Positions 1 to 10,666 of a stretch of DNA of 64,000 nucleotides are shown piece by piece. Made by a program: the position numbers and the translations under genes. How positions within the stretch are numbered: position 1 is the stretch's first letter; each line of letters opens with the position of its first letter. Location: positions 124,001 through 188,000 of the IMG/VR virus record IMGVR_UViG_3300023184_000026; one strand, given 5' to 3'. The notes under the pieces were generated by a model. That model saw only the letters and a list, made by a program, of their open reading frames with translations. It was not told the DNA's origin and ran no database searches.

Positions 1-2
1 TT

Positions 3-713
3 CTTAAGCCATGCATTGATGCTGCGTTGAAAGTTTCACACAAATTAATTGTACCATTTTGCACACATTTTCACGATGGAACTGAACAAGATCAAGAGTT
101 ATTAATGAAGTCCGCTAGTGAAAATCCAAAAGCCGAGTTTGTTGAATTTGAATATAATAAAAATGAATCATCCAGATGGCATTGCAATATTTCAAGAAAG
201 ATTGGCACAATGCTTGCACCAGAAGAGACCGATTATTTTATGTTCTTGGATACTGATGAAATCATCGTTCCGGAAATTTTTAATGAATGGTGGAAAGAAC
301 AACAAATCAATCCATTGGTGAGCTATAAGCTGTCAAATTACTTTTATTTCAGGGATTTCAAATATCAATGCAATGAATGGCAGGATTCAATTGCGCTAGT
401 ACAAAAAGGAACATTCACTGAAGACCAATTCATAATGCATCCACACGAACGTTCTGGTGTGTTTGATTATGTGCCATCCCATCTTCGTGCCAGAAATGTT
501 ACATATAACGGTAAGCCATTCATACATCATTATTCTTGGGTTCGTTCCAAAGAAGCTATGTTGAAGAAAGTAAGCTGCTGGAGTCACAACAAGGATCAGG
601 ATTGGTCTTCACTGGTTGAAAAAGAGTTTAGTGAACCATTTCGTGGCAAGGATATGATATTTAAATTTGAATACAAAACCGTATATCCATATTTGAATAT
701 TAAAATAGAATGA
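3..713 (+). CDS. glycosyltransferase family 2-like protein (5'-truncated by window)
   Basis: Frame open from the window edge; FLDTDE DxD motif and HHYSWVRS..KKVSCWSH segment typical of phage GT-A proteins. Confidence 0.65.
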   Translation, partial: LKPCIDAALKVSHKLIVPFCTHFHDGTEQDQELLMKSASENPKAEFVEFEYNKNESSRWHCNISRKIGTMLAPEETDYFMFLDTDEIIVPEIFNEWWKEQQINPLVSYKLSNYFYFRDFKYQCNEWQDSIALVQKGTFTEDQFIMHPHERSGVFDYVPSHLRARNVTYNGKPFIHHYSWVRSKEAMLKKVSCWSHNKDQDWSSLVEKEFSEPFRGKDMIFKFEYKTVYPYLNIKIE

Positions 714-1438
714 AAATTAAGATATTCGCAAGACACTGTAAGTTTTCCAGCAATTCGGCCAATAAACCGAGACCATCATTTTTTACCAGAGAAGGATGTT
801 TCAACAGTTTCCTCAATACAATGGATGAAGACTGTGAACTCACGGTGTGTTTTGATGGCATTGTATCCGGTAGCGGACATTTCTTAGAAAACCAAAAGTA
901 TAATGGTAAGTTCAAGCTCGCAGAAAAAGATGGTGGCAACGATGGCAAGAGTTTTCTTAATTTACTAAAAACCGCAACAGAATCAAACTTTGCTGATGAT
1001 GACATAATATATTTTGTTGAAGATGACTATCTTCATAACATCGGATGGGCAAAAATCTTAAAAGAGGGATTTAAATTTATTGACGTAGACTATATAACGC
1101 TATATGATCACAATGATAAATATTTTTTTCCCATGTACGAGGAACTATTAGCCAAAGTTGGGGTTACGCCAAGCGTTCACTGGAAGACAATTCCTAACAC
1201 AACGAACACATATGCTTGTCTTGGCAAGACGCTGCGACGAGATTATTCGACTCACGTTAAATACTGCGATGTTGTGGGTGGACTCACAAGAGACTTCGAT
1301 AAATTCGCTAAATTTGCGACTGAAGGTAGAACACTGATAAATCCTTTGCCTGGTTATTCTACACACTGCGAGCCTCAATATATGAGTCCGGTGATAAATT
1401 GGGAAGAAATATTCAATAAAACCTGCAATTACAATTAA
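710..1438 (+). CDS. putative GT-A fold glycosyltransferase
   Basis: YFVEDDYLH motif; ATGA-coupled within the sugar cluster. Confidence 0.6.
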   Translation: MKIKIFARHCKFSSNSANKPRPSFFTREGCFNSFLNTMDEDCELTVCFDGIVSGSGHFLENQKYNGKFKLAEKDGGNDGKSFLNLLKTATESNFADDDIIYFVEDDYLHNIGWAKILKEGFKFIDVDYITLYDHNDKYFFPMYEELLAKVGVTPSVHWKTIPNTTNTYACLGKTLRRDYSTHVKYCDVVGGLTRDFDKFAKFATEGRTLINPLPGYSTHCEPQYMSPVINWEEIFNKTCNYN

Positions 1439-1440
1439 TT

Positions 1441-2751
1441 ATGGACAATGATCAACGCATAGAAATATCTAAATTCGTGGAGGAAATGGCAAAAAAGCAT
1501 GGCCATATTCCAAAGTTCGCACACAACCTTGCAGCCAAGGATAAGAAAAAAGTGTATTATTCCGGACCTTACTTTGATAATACCGAAATAGTCGCGGCAA
1601 TTCACACCTTGCTATTTGGTAAATGGTCTTCTTCAGGAGAAGTATGCGCCCGTTTTGAAAGAGAATTTGGAAAACATATCAATAATAAGTTTTCCTTCTT
1701 TTGTAACAGCGGATCAAGTGCCAATCTTTTGCTGATAGCAGCTTGTAGAGAATATTTTGGATGGCAGGATGGGGACGAAATTATTGTATCATCGGTCGGA
1801 TTTCCAACCACAGTATCCGCAATCGTACATAATGACTTAAAACCTTCATTCGTTGATATTGAGTGGTCAACATTGAACTTTGATCTATCAAAAATTGAAG
1901 AAAAAATAACAGATAAAACTAAAGCTATATTCCTCAGTCCCGTTCTTGGCAATCCTCCAAATATGGATGAATTGATTACAATCACAAAGAAACATAATAT
2001 CAAACTGTTGTTGGATAACTGCGATTCTTTGGGAACTAAGTGGAGAGGCAAATATCTTAATGAGTACGCAGTTGTATCCAGTTGTTCCTTTTATCCAGCG
2101 CATGAAATCACCACATTGGAAGGTGGTATGGTATCCTCGGACATTCAAGAAATCGTCGATTTGGCAAGAAGCTTTGGAACTTGGGGAAGAGACTGTTATT
2201 GCGTAGGTGCTGCCAATCTTTTATGCAATGGTACATGCAACAAGAGATTTTCAAATTGGATTCCCGAGTTTCCAGAATTGATCATTGATCATAAGTATGT
2301 ATTCAATCGTATTGGTTGGAATTTAAAGCCATTAGACTTGCAGGCTGCGATTGGATTGGAGCAGCTTAAAAAGCTTGATAGTATATGCCAATTGAGAAAT
2401 GACAATCGCATAATGATACAAAACATACTTCAAACATATGTAAACGATTTGAGCTTTCCGGCAGTATATTCTGAAACGACGTGGATTCCATTTGGCGTAC
2501 CAGTTATTTGCAAAAACCGAGAAATTAAACATAGGCTTGTGACTTTTCTAGAATCCAACGGTATTCAAACTAGAAACTATTTTGCGGGAAATCTGTTGAT
2601 GCACAATGGATATAAGCATTTGGATGACTATCGTAAATATCCAGACGCCAATAAAGTATTGGATTTGGTATTCTTTGTCGGATGTGCGCCAACCATATCT
2701 GCGGAAAATCTTGATCATATCAACAATATAATGTCAACATGGAAAAACTAA
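1441..2751 (+). CDS. rfbH: RfbH/DdhC-type NDP-4-keto-6-deoxyglucose 3-dehydratase (DegT/DnrJ family)
   Basis: NSGSSANLL, SFYPAHEIT (His at the PLP-lysine position) and WGRDCYC...GTC..RF Fe-S cysteine loop. Confidence 0.88.
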   Translation: MDNDQRIEISKFVEEMAKKHGHIPKFAHNLAAKDKKKVYYSGPYFDNTEIVAAIHTLLFGKWSSSGEVCARFEREFGKHINNKFSFFCNSGSSANLLLIAACREYFGWQDGDEIIVSSVGFPTTVSAIVHNDLKPSFVDIEWSTLNFDLSKIEEKITDKTKAIFLSPVLGNPPNMDELITITKKHNIKLLLDNCDSLGTKWRGKYLNEYAVVSSCSFYPAHEITTLEGGMVSSDIQEIVDLARSFGTWGRDCYCVGAANLLCNGTCNKRFSNWIPEFPELIIDHKYVFNRIGWNLKPLDLQAAIGLEQLKKLDSICQLRNDNRIMIQNILQTYVNDLSFPAVYSETTWIPFGVPVICKNREIKHRLVTFLESNGIQTRNYFAGNLLMHNGYKHLDDYRKYPDANKVLDLVFFVGCAPTISAENLDHINNIMSTWKN

Positions 2752-3563
2752 GCATATTTGGAGGAACTGGATTTGTTGGTGGAAATTTCGCAAGAATGTA
2801 TCCAAACAAGACTGTAATTATACCAAGAGAGGAAAACAAAATCGAGGATATGAAAGATGTGTTGTATCTAATCAGTACTACTCATAATTATCATGTTCTA
2901 GATGATCTTCACAAGGATATAAATACCAATCTCAATAAATTGGTGGATGTATTACCAAATGTAAATGGAACATTCAACTTTGTATCAAGTTGGTTCGTTT
3001 ACGGAGGTGGATATGGAAAATATAATCCGGCCAAAGAAACGGATTATTGCAATCCAAAGGGATTTTATTCTATAACAAAAAAGACAGCGGAAGATCTTGT
3101 AGAATCTTATTGTAAAACCTTTAAAAAGAATTATCGCATATTAAGATTGTGCAATGTTATTGGAGGTGATGCCAAAGCCGGTTCCAAAAAGAATGCTCTG
3201 GAGTATCTAGTTGGAAATGTTGTGCGCGGAGAGCCGATTAATTTATACCACGGAGATAATTATAGAAATTTTCTTCATGTAGAAGACGTGTGTACCGCCA
3301 CCAATATGGTAATTAAGAAGGGTAAACTTAATGAAATATATAATATCGGAGCAGACGAAAGTACTAGTATAAATGACATTGTTGATTATGTTCGCAGAAA
3401 AACAAATTCTAATACCAAGATAACATACATTGATGCTCCCGAGTTTCATCAAATAGTACAATGCCCAAATTTTTTTATGGACAGTGAGAAACTAAGAAAT
3501 TTGGGATTTAAACAAAAATATACTACTTTTCAAGCTGTGGACAAAATAATTGAAAATTTATGA
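2739..3563 (+). CDS. NAD-dependent epimerase/dehydratase (extended SDR)
   Basis: GGTGFVG Rossmann motif; YSITK YxxxK; RNFLHVEDV. Confidence 0.88.
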   Translation: MEKLSIFGGTGFVGGNFARMYPNKTVIIPREENKIEDMKDVLYLISTTHNYHVLDDLHKDINTNLNKLVDVLPNVNGTFNFVSSWFVYGGGYGKYNPAKETDYCNPKGFYSITKKTAEDLVESYCKTFKKNYRILRLCNVIGGDAKAGSKKNALEYLVGNVVRGEPINLYHGDNYRNFLHVEDVCTATNMVIKKGKLNEIYNIGADESTSINDIVDYVRRKTNSNTKITYIDAPEFHQIVQCPNFFMDSEKLRNLGFKQKYTTFQAVDKIIENL

Positions 3564-4426
3564 AAATAGCAATGTTATGGCATGGCGATTCAACGGTGGA
3601 AGAATATTGGAATTGCCCCCTTGGATTATCGTTTGCTTTTAAAAGACTTGGACACAATGTTGATGTATTCAAATTTGATGCTGCGAATTGCGATTTGGAA
3701 AAATTTTTTATAGTATCAAACAATTACGATTTCATATGGGTGAGTTGGCCATGGAATTCAAAATCACTTGATGAACAGTTAAAAAAATTGAGAACAATCA
3801 GTCACAAAAAGATTATACTTGAGATGGGTGATGAACCACAAACATTTGGTCAAGGAATTGAAAGAGCCAAAATTGCAGACGCTATATATACTCCAGACAT
3901 ACGGTGTCAAAAGAAATATATTGAAATGGGAATAAATGCACATTGGATAACTCATTGGGGGGATGAATATCTGTTTGAACACAATAGCACTATACCAAGA
4001 TCAAACATATGCGTGACTACTTGCGGTGTCGAGAAATATACCAAATATCTTTCATCGGCCCTTGGTTCAAATTTTATATATCGTAAAAAATTAGCTGAAG
4101 AAAACAACGAATTTTACAATAGCGGTACTATTGCATTTCAATACGCAAGATGGGATGAAATAACTCGCAGAATATTTGAGGCGGGTGGATGTAAACTGGC
4201 AGTTGTGACAAACCGCATATCCACCGCAACTGGAATATATGACATGTTTGTTGATGGTAAAGACATACTGTATTATGATACGGAACAAGATGCTGCGGAA
4301 AAAATTAAATATTTGATAAACAACGAGTATATAAGAAATGTTTTATCTGAAAATATCTACAAAAAAATTAATTTATACCATAGAGCAGAAAAACGAGCCA
4401 ACCAGATCATAGGTATAATAACTTAA
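3560..4426 (+). CDS. GT-B glycosyltransferase (CgeB/Glyco_trans_1_2-like)
   Basis: RRIFEAGGCKLAVVT and FVDGKDILYY segments. Confidence 0.7.
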   Translation: MKIAMLWHGDSTVEEYWNCPLGLSFAFKRLGHNVDVFKFDAANCDLEKFFIVSNNYDFIWVSWPWNSKSLDEQLKKLRTISHKKIILEMGDEPQTFGQGIERAKIADAIYTPDIRCQKKYIEMGINAHWITHWGDEYLFEHNSTIPRSNICVTTCGVEKYTKYLSSALGSNFIYRKKLAEENNEFYNSGTIAFQYARWDEITRRIFEAGGCKLAVVTNRISTATGIYDMFVDGKDILYYDTEQDAAEKIKYLINNEYIRNVLSENIYKKINLYHRAEKRANQIIGIIT

Positions 4427-4470
4427 TTGATATAGTTGAAACTTTATTCTGACCATATGAGAAGTTTGAA

Positions 4471-4520
4471 AGTCAAACCCTATTATAGTTTGACTGTTTG
4501 GTAAAAATGTTCATAGTATC
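4471..4520 (+). promoter_or_regulatory. sigma70-like promoter with overlapping 8-bp inverted repeat
   Basis: TTGACT at 4490; AGTCAAAC (4471-4478) / GTTTGACT (4488-4495); upstream of the helicase. Confidence 0.5.
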
Positions 4521-4529
4521 TTTTCTACT

Positions 4530-5882
4530 ATGGCAAAAATAACCAACGCCCTGTTCACCAGTTTCAAAGAACTGAATGAGTATAAAAACTTGACAGCACT
4601 TCAAAAGAAGTTTTTCAAGGATTTTTTCTCCGGACGAAATATTTTCTTGACAGGACCAGCCGGAACAGGCAAGTCATATTGTGTAAATCTCTTATTCAAG
4701 TTCCTTGATTTGAATGGAATTTTTTATGCGAAGACTGCTACAACTGGTGTGGCTGCATTAAATATAGGTGGAGTAACTTTACATTCATGGTCTGGTATGG
4801 GATTGGCCGAAGAACATGGTATGGAACTACTTGATAAAGTGTCTGAAAATAACAAGGCAGTCAATCGTATCAAGCACAGTAAAGTGCTTATCATAGATGA
4901 AATATCAATGGCCAAGAGTGATTTGGTTGATAAACTGGACATTGTTTGTCAATATATTAGAAACAAAGACAAACCGTTTGGTGGTATTCAAGTGGTGTTT
5001 GTTGGAGATTTCATGCAGTTGCCACCGGTGTTCAAGAACTTTGATGAAGAAAAGTTTGCTTTTGATTCTCAAGCATGGCGCGATGCTAAAGTAAAAACAA
5101 TTCATTTGACTGAAATTGTAAGACAGCATGACGAACCCCATTTTGCCAAGTTGCTCAATGAAATACGAATGGGTTGTGCCAAAGATTTTACATTGCTATT
5201 GGGTTGTTTGGACAGAAAATTTCCAGATGATGGCATCAAGCCTGTCAAATTGTTTTGTAAAAATATTGATGTAAGCAAATATAACCACGACGAGTTGTAT
5301 AAAATAAAAAATCAAAGTAAGTTCTATCATTCATCTGATTCTGGTGGTGATATGTGGCGTCAATTTTTTGATAAGAATTGTCCAGCACCAACTACACTAG
5401 AATTGCGTAAAGGTGCTCAAGTTATTTTGCTGGTCAATCTGGATACAAAACTTGGATTGGTCAATGGCAGTGTTGGCACAGTGACCGAGGTACATGATAC
5501 ATATGTTGATGTAAAATTTGCGTGCGGTGATCAAATTATTGAAACATATAAATGGGAAGTAAAGCAAAACGAGTATGATGCATTGACTGGCAACATGAAA
5601 AAGATTGTATTGGCTTCGCGTTCTCAATTTCCATTGAAACTTGCATGGGCAATCACAATTCACAAAAGCCAAGGTAGCACGCTTGATAGAGCAGAAATTG
5701 ATGTGAGCGAAGCATTTGCGGCTGGACAAGTGTATGTGGCATTGAGCAGAGTGCGTAACTTGGCTTCACTGAAACTACTCAGCTTCTCTCCGCACAAAAT
5801 CAAAACAAATAAAAAGTGTTTGGATTTTTATAACTCGCAAATTGATGAAAAAGAGATAGAGTTCTTTGTTGATGAGGATTGA
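4530..5882 (+). CDS. Pif1/RecD-like SF1B DNA helicase
   Basis: GPAGTGKS, IIDEISM, GDFMQLPPV, TIHKSQGSTL, VYVALSR. Confidence 0.93.
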   Translation: MAKITNALFTSFKELNEYKNLTALQKKFFKDFFSGRNIFLTGPAGTGKSYCVNLLFKFLDLNGIFYAKTATTGVAALNIGGVTLHSWSGMGLAEEHGMELLDKVSENNKAVNRIKHSKVLIIDEISMAKSDLVDKLDIVCQYIRNKDKPFGGIQVVFVGDFMQLPPVFKNFDEEKFAFDSQAWRDAKVKTIHLTEIVRQHDEPHFAKLLNEIRMGCAKDFTLLLGCLDRKFPDDGIKPVKLFCKNIDVSKYNHDELYKIKNQSKFYHSSDSGGDMWRQFFDKNCPAPTTLELRKGAQVILLVNLDTKLGLVNGSVGTVTEVHDTYVDVKFACGDQIIETYKWEVKQNEYDALTGNMKKIVLASRSQFPLKLAWAITIHKSQGSTLDRAEIDVSEAFAAGQVYVALSRVRNLASLKLLSFSPHKIKTNKKCLDFYNSQIDEKEIEFFVDED

Positions 5883-5888
5883 TAAATT

Positions 5889-6323
5889 ATGACTACACAG
5901 AAAAAAGGTTGGTATTATTATGTTATAACAGTTTTATGCTTTTTGCATATTGTACTCACTGCTACTGCTATCTGGGCACTGAAGCATTTGTGGGACAATG
6001 GGCAGTTGATGACTGATTATGTTTCAACTTTAAAAGCGGTATTTACAATATGCGTACAATTTTGGTTTATCGGAGAGATGCTTTGGCATGATTCTGGATA
6101 TACTATCATAACAACTACGGAATATAAATTGTTCAAGTGTAAAGAAAGTGGCAAAGAAGAAGCATTTATGATGTTTGCTGATAGCACAGAAGAATTGGAG
6201 TATTTCTTTGAAGTCACAGAACCAACCAAAAAGATTTATATAGAAGAAGCAGAAATGACTGGTAAAAGTATTCAAATGAAAGTATTCAACAGAGACAAAG
6301 AAGACATGGGGGGCAACAAATGA
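5889..6323 (+). CDS. hypothetical membrane protein
   Basis: Two N-terminal hydrophobic segments; tiles with neighbours. Confidence 0.6.
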   Translation: MTTQKKGWYYYVITVLCFLHIVLTATAIWALKHLWDNGQLMTDYVSTLKAVFTICVQFWFIGEMLWHDSGYTIITTTEYKLFKCKESGKEEAFMMFADSTEELEYFFEVTEPTKKIYIEEAEMTGKSIQMKVFNRDKEDMGGNK

Positions 6324-7114
6324 AAACCAAGACAGCCGCATTTATATTAAATCACAATCTACCTGATTATACAGACATGTTGTATGAGTCGCTAAAGCCA
6401 TATGAGCGAACATACTATGACTTGTTTGTTATAGACAATGCTTCATCAACTGAAGGAAAAAGCAAGCATACTTCATTTGAGTTGGAAGAGAATGTTTATT
6501 TCGGTGGTGGCTTAAATGCTGCCATGCAATATACACTTGAAAACAAGCAGTATGATAGCATGATGTTCTTGAGCAATGATCTTACAATTCATCCATATAA
6601 TTATATATCAACAATGCGAGAAGAAATGTTTGAGGATGTGTTTGATGATATGCTTGCTGGAAAGTGGGTAAATAGAGAAATCAAATATGATATTGTTGCT
6701 CCAACATTCTATAACATAGAACCAAATCAACAATGTCATTGGAAATGTATGCATAGTCGCAACTCTAAAGAAACAAGAAAAGTTGATTATGTCGATTTTC
6801 AATGTCCTTTGATTTCTCGTAGATTACTTGAAGAAGTAAAAGAGATTGATATAGATCTGAAGTATGGTTGGGGACCGGATTTTTACTTTGCTCTTATAGC
6901 AAAAAAACTGGGATATAATCTTGGAGTAGTTGATAGATGCTGTATATTACATCACAACTCTCTAACTGTGAAACGAGGTGTAGCTGGTTTGGATATACCA
7001 ACATATTGTAGATTGGCAGAAGAAGGTATGAAAAACTTCTTTATAAAGAAAAATTTGTGGACAGAATATATTGAACTACGAACCAAAGCACAAAATTATG
7101 AATACACCAATTGA
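6320..7114 (+). CDS. glycosyltransferase family 2 (rhamnosyltransferase-like)
   Basis: ILNHN, VIDNAS, NVYFGGGLN, FLSNDL, GWGPD..F, ILHHNS. Confidence 0.75.
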   Translation: MKTKTAAFILNHNLPDYTDMLYESLKPYERTYYDLFVIDNASSTEGKSKHTSFELEENVYFGGGLNAAMQYTLENKQYDSMMFLSNDLTIHPYNYISTMREEMFEDVFDDMLAGKWVNREIKYDIVAPTFYNIEPNQQCHWKCMHSRNSKETRKVDYVDFQCPLISRRLLEEVKEIDIDLKYGWGPDFYFALIAKKLGYNLGVVDRCCILHHNSLTVKRGVAGLDIPTYCRLAEEGMKNFFIKKNLWTEYIELRTKAQNYEYTN

Positions 7115-7391
7115 AACACAACTAGAGTTTGACTTTATGGCACCGGCACAACTGACATTTGATTTGGCAAATAAAGATACTTATTTGACTACTACCTTTA
7201 AGCCCGATTTGGCCATGACTTTTTATGATGGTAAAGATGCGATTGGCAAATTGGATTGGAATGATGGCACAATGAAGTTTAGCGGAAGCATTGATGAAAG
7301 TGCTCAACTATTCTTTGATTGTATTATAAAAAAGCACACTCAAGGCACATTGTTTGACCAAAAGAAAAATAATACAGAGTGGAAATCATGA
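7098..7391 (+). CDS. hypothetical protein
   Basis: ORF tiles between GT genes; start taken at MNTPIET. Confidence 0.6.
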   Translation: MNTPIETQLEFDFMAPAQLTFDLANKDTYLTTTFKPDLAMTFYDGKDAIGKLDWNDGTMKFSGSIDESAQLFFDCIIKKHTQGTLFDQKKNNTEWKS

Positions 7392-8305
7392 ATATGAACA
7401 ATGCGTTATATACATGGATAATAAATACTTATAAAAGTTTGCCGTATCTCAAGCTGGCAATTGAGTCTATTCGTGAAAATGCTTATTATAAAAATCAACC
7501 TATTATTGTTTATACAGAGAATGACACAGAAACGAGGGATTGGTTAGCACAACAACCAGATATACAATATATCTATGAAGAAAATGTTGTTCCCGTTGGT
7601 ATTGGTGGTGGAGTAAACAAAGCAATAGAACATGTAAAAACAGAATACTTTTCATTAGTACATAGTGATTTTTATATAAGCAAAAACTATGACAAGCCAT
7701 TGTTTGATTTTGTATCTAGCACAGAAAAGCCACTAGTAGCAGGTGCGTGGCGGCTTGAACCAAACATATTCAACAACACAGATAGATTTGGTACAATATT
7801 TTCACCACCAAATACGACAGATGGATTTGGAACATATCATCACGACTTTAGAAAAAATGAATTCTTGGATTGGGCTGATCACGTATTTGTATCTTCGAGT
7901 GCACCGACATTTAGAAAAGTAGAAGGCGTGTCATATATGATGCGAACAAAGTATTTTCTAAATAACTCGGATGCTTATAGGCCCACGAGTTTCGAAGATC
8001 ATGATCAAAGTGTTAGAATGCAGTTGGAAAAATATGATTTTGTTGTGTCTGGTAAAGCACTAACTTGGCATTTTGGAGCACGAAGTAGTCATTTTCTTGG
8101 ACAGCACGACAAACTTACTGGCACATCTGATAGACAAAAACAAGGTGAAGCTCGTAACTATCAAAAGTGGTTGAAGATATGGGGAGAGCCACCGTCGTAT
8201 GACGAAGTAGGTTTTATCAAAGTAACCGATAAAATGCGTGAAATATATAACAAGCACAGAGATAAATACTTGACAGGTGACTATAGTAGTGTAATAATGC
8301 AGTGA
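7388..8305 (+). CDS. glycosyltransferase family 2
   Basis: IINTYK..YLKLAIESI, GVNKA, LVHSD, FEDHD, WHFGARS. Confidence 0.75.
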   Translation: MNMNNALYTWIINTYKSLPYLKLAIESIRENAYYKNQPIIVYTENDTETRDWLAQQPDIQYIYEENVVPVGIGGGVNKAIEHVKTEYFSLVHSDFYISKNYDKPLFDFVSSTEKPLVAGAWRLEPNIFNNTDRFGTIFSPPNTTDGFGTYHHDFRKNEFLDWADHVFVSSSAPTFRKVEGVSYMMRTKYFLNNSDAYRPTSFEDHDQSVRMQLEKYDFVVSGKALTWHFGARSSHFLGQHDKLTGTSDRQKQGEARNYQKWLKIWGEPPSYDEVGFIKVTDKMREIYNKHRDKYLTGDYSSVIMQ

Positions 8306-8306
8306 T

Positions 8307-8951
8307 ATGAATAAATACTCTAATACACTTGGAATACGCCGAAATGAAATGGATGCCACGTTGGTACATCTATTTTCACACACAAAGGACTATGTGGCTA
8401 AAAATGTCAATAATAAGGTTCTTGCGTTTGTAAATCAGATTGAGAGTGAACTAAACACAACCAAGAAAGAACTTGCCGCATTCAAGAAAAACAATGAGGA
8501 ACTTATTCAACGATGCAATGCTGCTATATCTTCTTGGGATGAAGAACGCGAGCGGGCTTTGAGAGAAGCCGATAGAGTTATGGAATGGAGAGAAAAGTAC
8601 GAAGATTTGGTAAAATATATTCGCCTTATCGGAAAACAGATTTTTTGTAGTACTGGTGGCACATTTGAGAATCATCCACCTGATGCTATTATTGATGCAG
8701 CTTTTAGATCGTTGAATGAATCTTGGAAGAATGAATCTTGGAAACAAGAAAAGGAAGAAATGAAACTATGTCACGATAAAACTTTAGAGTCGTTACGTTG
8801 TAATGTTGAACGCACAAAAGTGTTTGAGGCACTGGCTGAAATGCTATATAAGGCAGATTATGACAATACTGATGCTATTAAAAAGATTTACGAGATTGTA
8901 AGAGAGAAATATCCATCTGGAGCATATTGGATGCCTTCCAAAAGCGTTTAA
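8307..8951 (+). CDS. hypothetical coiled-coil protein
   Basis: Heptad-like charged stretch; NESWKNESWK micro-duplication. Confidence 0.6.
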   Translation: MNKYSNTLGIRRNEMDATLVHLFSHTKDYVAKNVNNKVLAFVNQIESELNTTKKELAAFKKNNEELIQRCNAAISSWDEERERALREADRVMEWREKYEDLVKYIRLIGKQIFCSTGGTFENHPPDAIIDAAFRSLNESWKNESWKQEKEEMKLCHDKTLESLRCNVERTKVFEALAEMLYKADYDNTDAIKKIYEIVREKYPSGAYWMPSKSV

Positions 8952-8953
8952 TT

Positions 8954-9136
8954 ATGACAGAACATGCTCGTAAATATTTTGAGTTGTATTATAAACTACA
9001 ACGCTGCGTTGATGAAAATACTATACAAGAAAAATCCAACAAACTGCGACAGGATATAATAGAGTATTATAATAATATGACCGAAAAAGAAAAGCAGTTG
9101 ATACACATTGTAGGAATAGAACACGACAAGATATGA
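8954..9136 (+). CDS. hypothetical protein
   Basis: Short ORF tiling between neighbours. Confidence 0.55.
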   Translation: MTEHARKYFELYYKLQRCVDENTIQEKSNKLRQDIIEYYNNMTEKEKQLIHIVGIEHDKI

Positions 9137-9179
9137 AAGAATTTATTGACATTGTGGGTAAAAATGATATAAAAGACTT

Positions 9180-10358
9180 ATGAAAATCTCATACTGTATT
9201 CCGTCGAAAAACAATCTTCGATACTTGAAGGGCTCGATTAAATCAATCAAAGAGAATTCTTCTTTACCATACGAGATTGTGGTATTTATTGACTCCAACA
9301 GCGATGGTACGGAAGAATGGCTGAAAAAGAACGCACCCGAAGTAAAATATACAAAGAACACATCATACGAATACAAGGGCATAGCACATGGATACAATCG
9401 CTGTATAGAGAATGCCACCGGTGATGTCATATGTGTATTTCACGCCGATATGTATATGGGTAAGGGATTTGACACTAATCTGATCAAGCATCTTAAACCC
9501 AATACGGTTGTTGCGGCAACAAGAATAGAACCACCGTTGCACCCGGTGGGAAAAGAAAAGATTGTTATGCCATTTGGCATGTACCCAGAAGACTTCAATA
9601 AGAAAGCGTTTGATGATTATGTTGAAGATGCCAAGGTTAAAAACACAGACGTTACAACCAGTGGAATTTTTGCACCTTGGATGACATATAAGAAAAACCT
9701 GACGGACATTGGAATGCACGACGAAACTCTTCATTCATATTATGAAGACTCGGACTTGTTCCAAAGAATGATTTTGAACGGATGCACGATGGTTCAAGCA
9801 TGGGATGCACTTGTATATCACTTTACATGTCGAGGTGGTCAGTTCCAAGATGGCGTTGAAAAGCAGACAGTTGATCCAAAGTTTCATGAAATGCGAAACA
9901 GATCCGGTAGATATTATATCAGAAAATGGCAGAGTTGGATCAAGAATGATGAATATCAACATCCCATAATTCCAAAAAAATATAATATTGGATTTGTACT
10001 AACCGATGTAATCAGTGAAGATTTTATTCATTTTGTTGAGCCTTGGGCAACCAACATCTTTGTTGATAACATGATTTGTGCTAAAAGATATATAGTAAAA
10101 GAACAACCTACTACTAAGATTGATCTAAGCACTCGCATATATAATCATGGCTATATAGAACAAATCAATAATGACATTCTTTTGTATTTCAGTCAAAAGG
10201 ATTTTATGCTCAATGCCAATGAAAACTCAGCAATCATAACTAAACTTACTGATATTATTTCAGAAGGTGTAGAAGACAATGCTGAAATGGAACTGGGTAT
10301 ATTCAAATTGAAAACAAAGATTGTAAAAGATATTAGCAAATCACTTATAAAAATATGA
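9180..10358 (+). CDS. glycosyltransferase family 2 with C-terminal extension
   Basis: IPSKNN, DSNSDGT, YNRCI, FHADM, YEDSD, YHFTCRG. Confidence 0.8.
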   Translation: MKISYCIPSKNNLRYLKGSIKSIKENSSLPYEIVVFIDSNSDGTEEWLKKNAPEVKYTKNTSYEYKGIAHGYNRCIENATGDVICVFHADMYMGKGFDTNLIKHLKPNTVVAATRIEPPLHPVGKEKIVMPFGMYPEDFNKKAFDDYVEDAKVKNTDVTTSGIFAPWMTYKKNLTDIGMHDETLHSYYEDSDLFQRMILNGCTMVQAWDALVYHFTCRGGQFQDGVEKQTVDPKFHEMRNRSGRYYIRKWQSWIKNDEYQHPIIPKKYNIGFVLTDVISEDFIHFVEPWATNIFVDNMICAKRYIVKEQPTTKIDLSTRIYNHGYIEQINNDILLYFSQKDFMLNANENSAIITKLTDIISEGVEDNAEMELGIFKLKTKIVKDISKSLIKI

Positions 10359-10663
10359 ACTACGACAACTTATTTATTTTTATTGTAACGCATGTAAAGC
10401 AACTCGGCGGCAATGGTCGCGGCGTTGTTATTACACGCAAAACAACATTAGAAGAAATTACTAATATATTTGATGCTTTTCTTGTTAGAGAAGAAATAGC
10501 CAAACTCATGAAGTTTACTAAAGAAACTTCACCTGAACATCCTAATATGGTTGTATATCGCACAGATGGTTCAGAAGAACATATTGTGTTTGGATTGAGT
10601 GAAGCTGGTTGGAAAGATGATTATGGATTGACTCATGATGATGTTGTTGTTAGTGTAGCATAA
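10355..10663 (+). CDS. hypothetical protein
   Basis: ATGA-coupled ORF. Confidence 0.6.
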   Translation: MNYDNLFIFIVTHVKQLGGNGRGVVITRKTTLEEITNIFDAFLVREEIAKLMKFTKETSPEHPNMVVYRTDGSEEHIVFGLSEAGWKDDYGLTHDDVVVSVA

Positions 10664-10666
10664 TAT

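Noticed and set aside
8714-8743. 15-bp tandem duplication (NESWK x2), and the AACAGC triplet near 60797
   Set aside because: Short in-frame micro-duplications with no further structure
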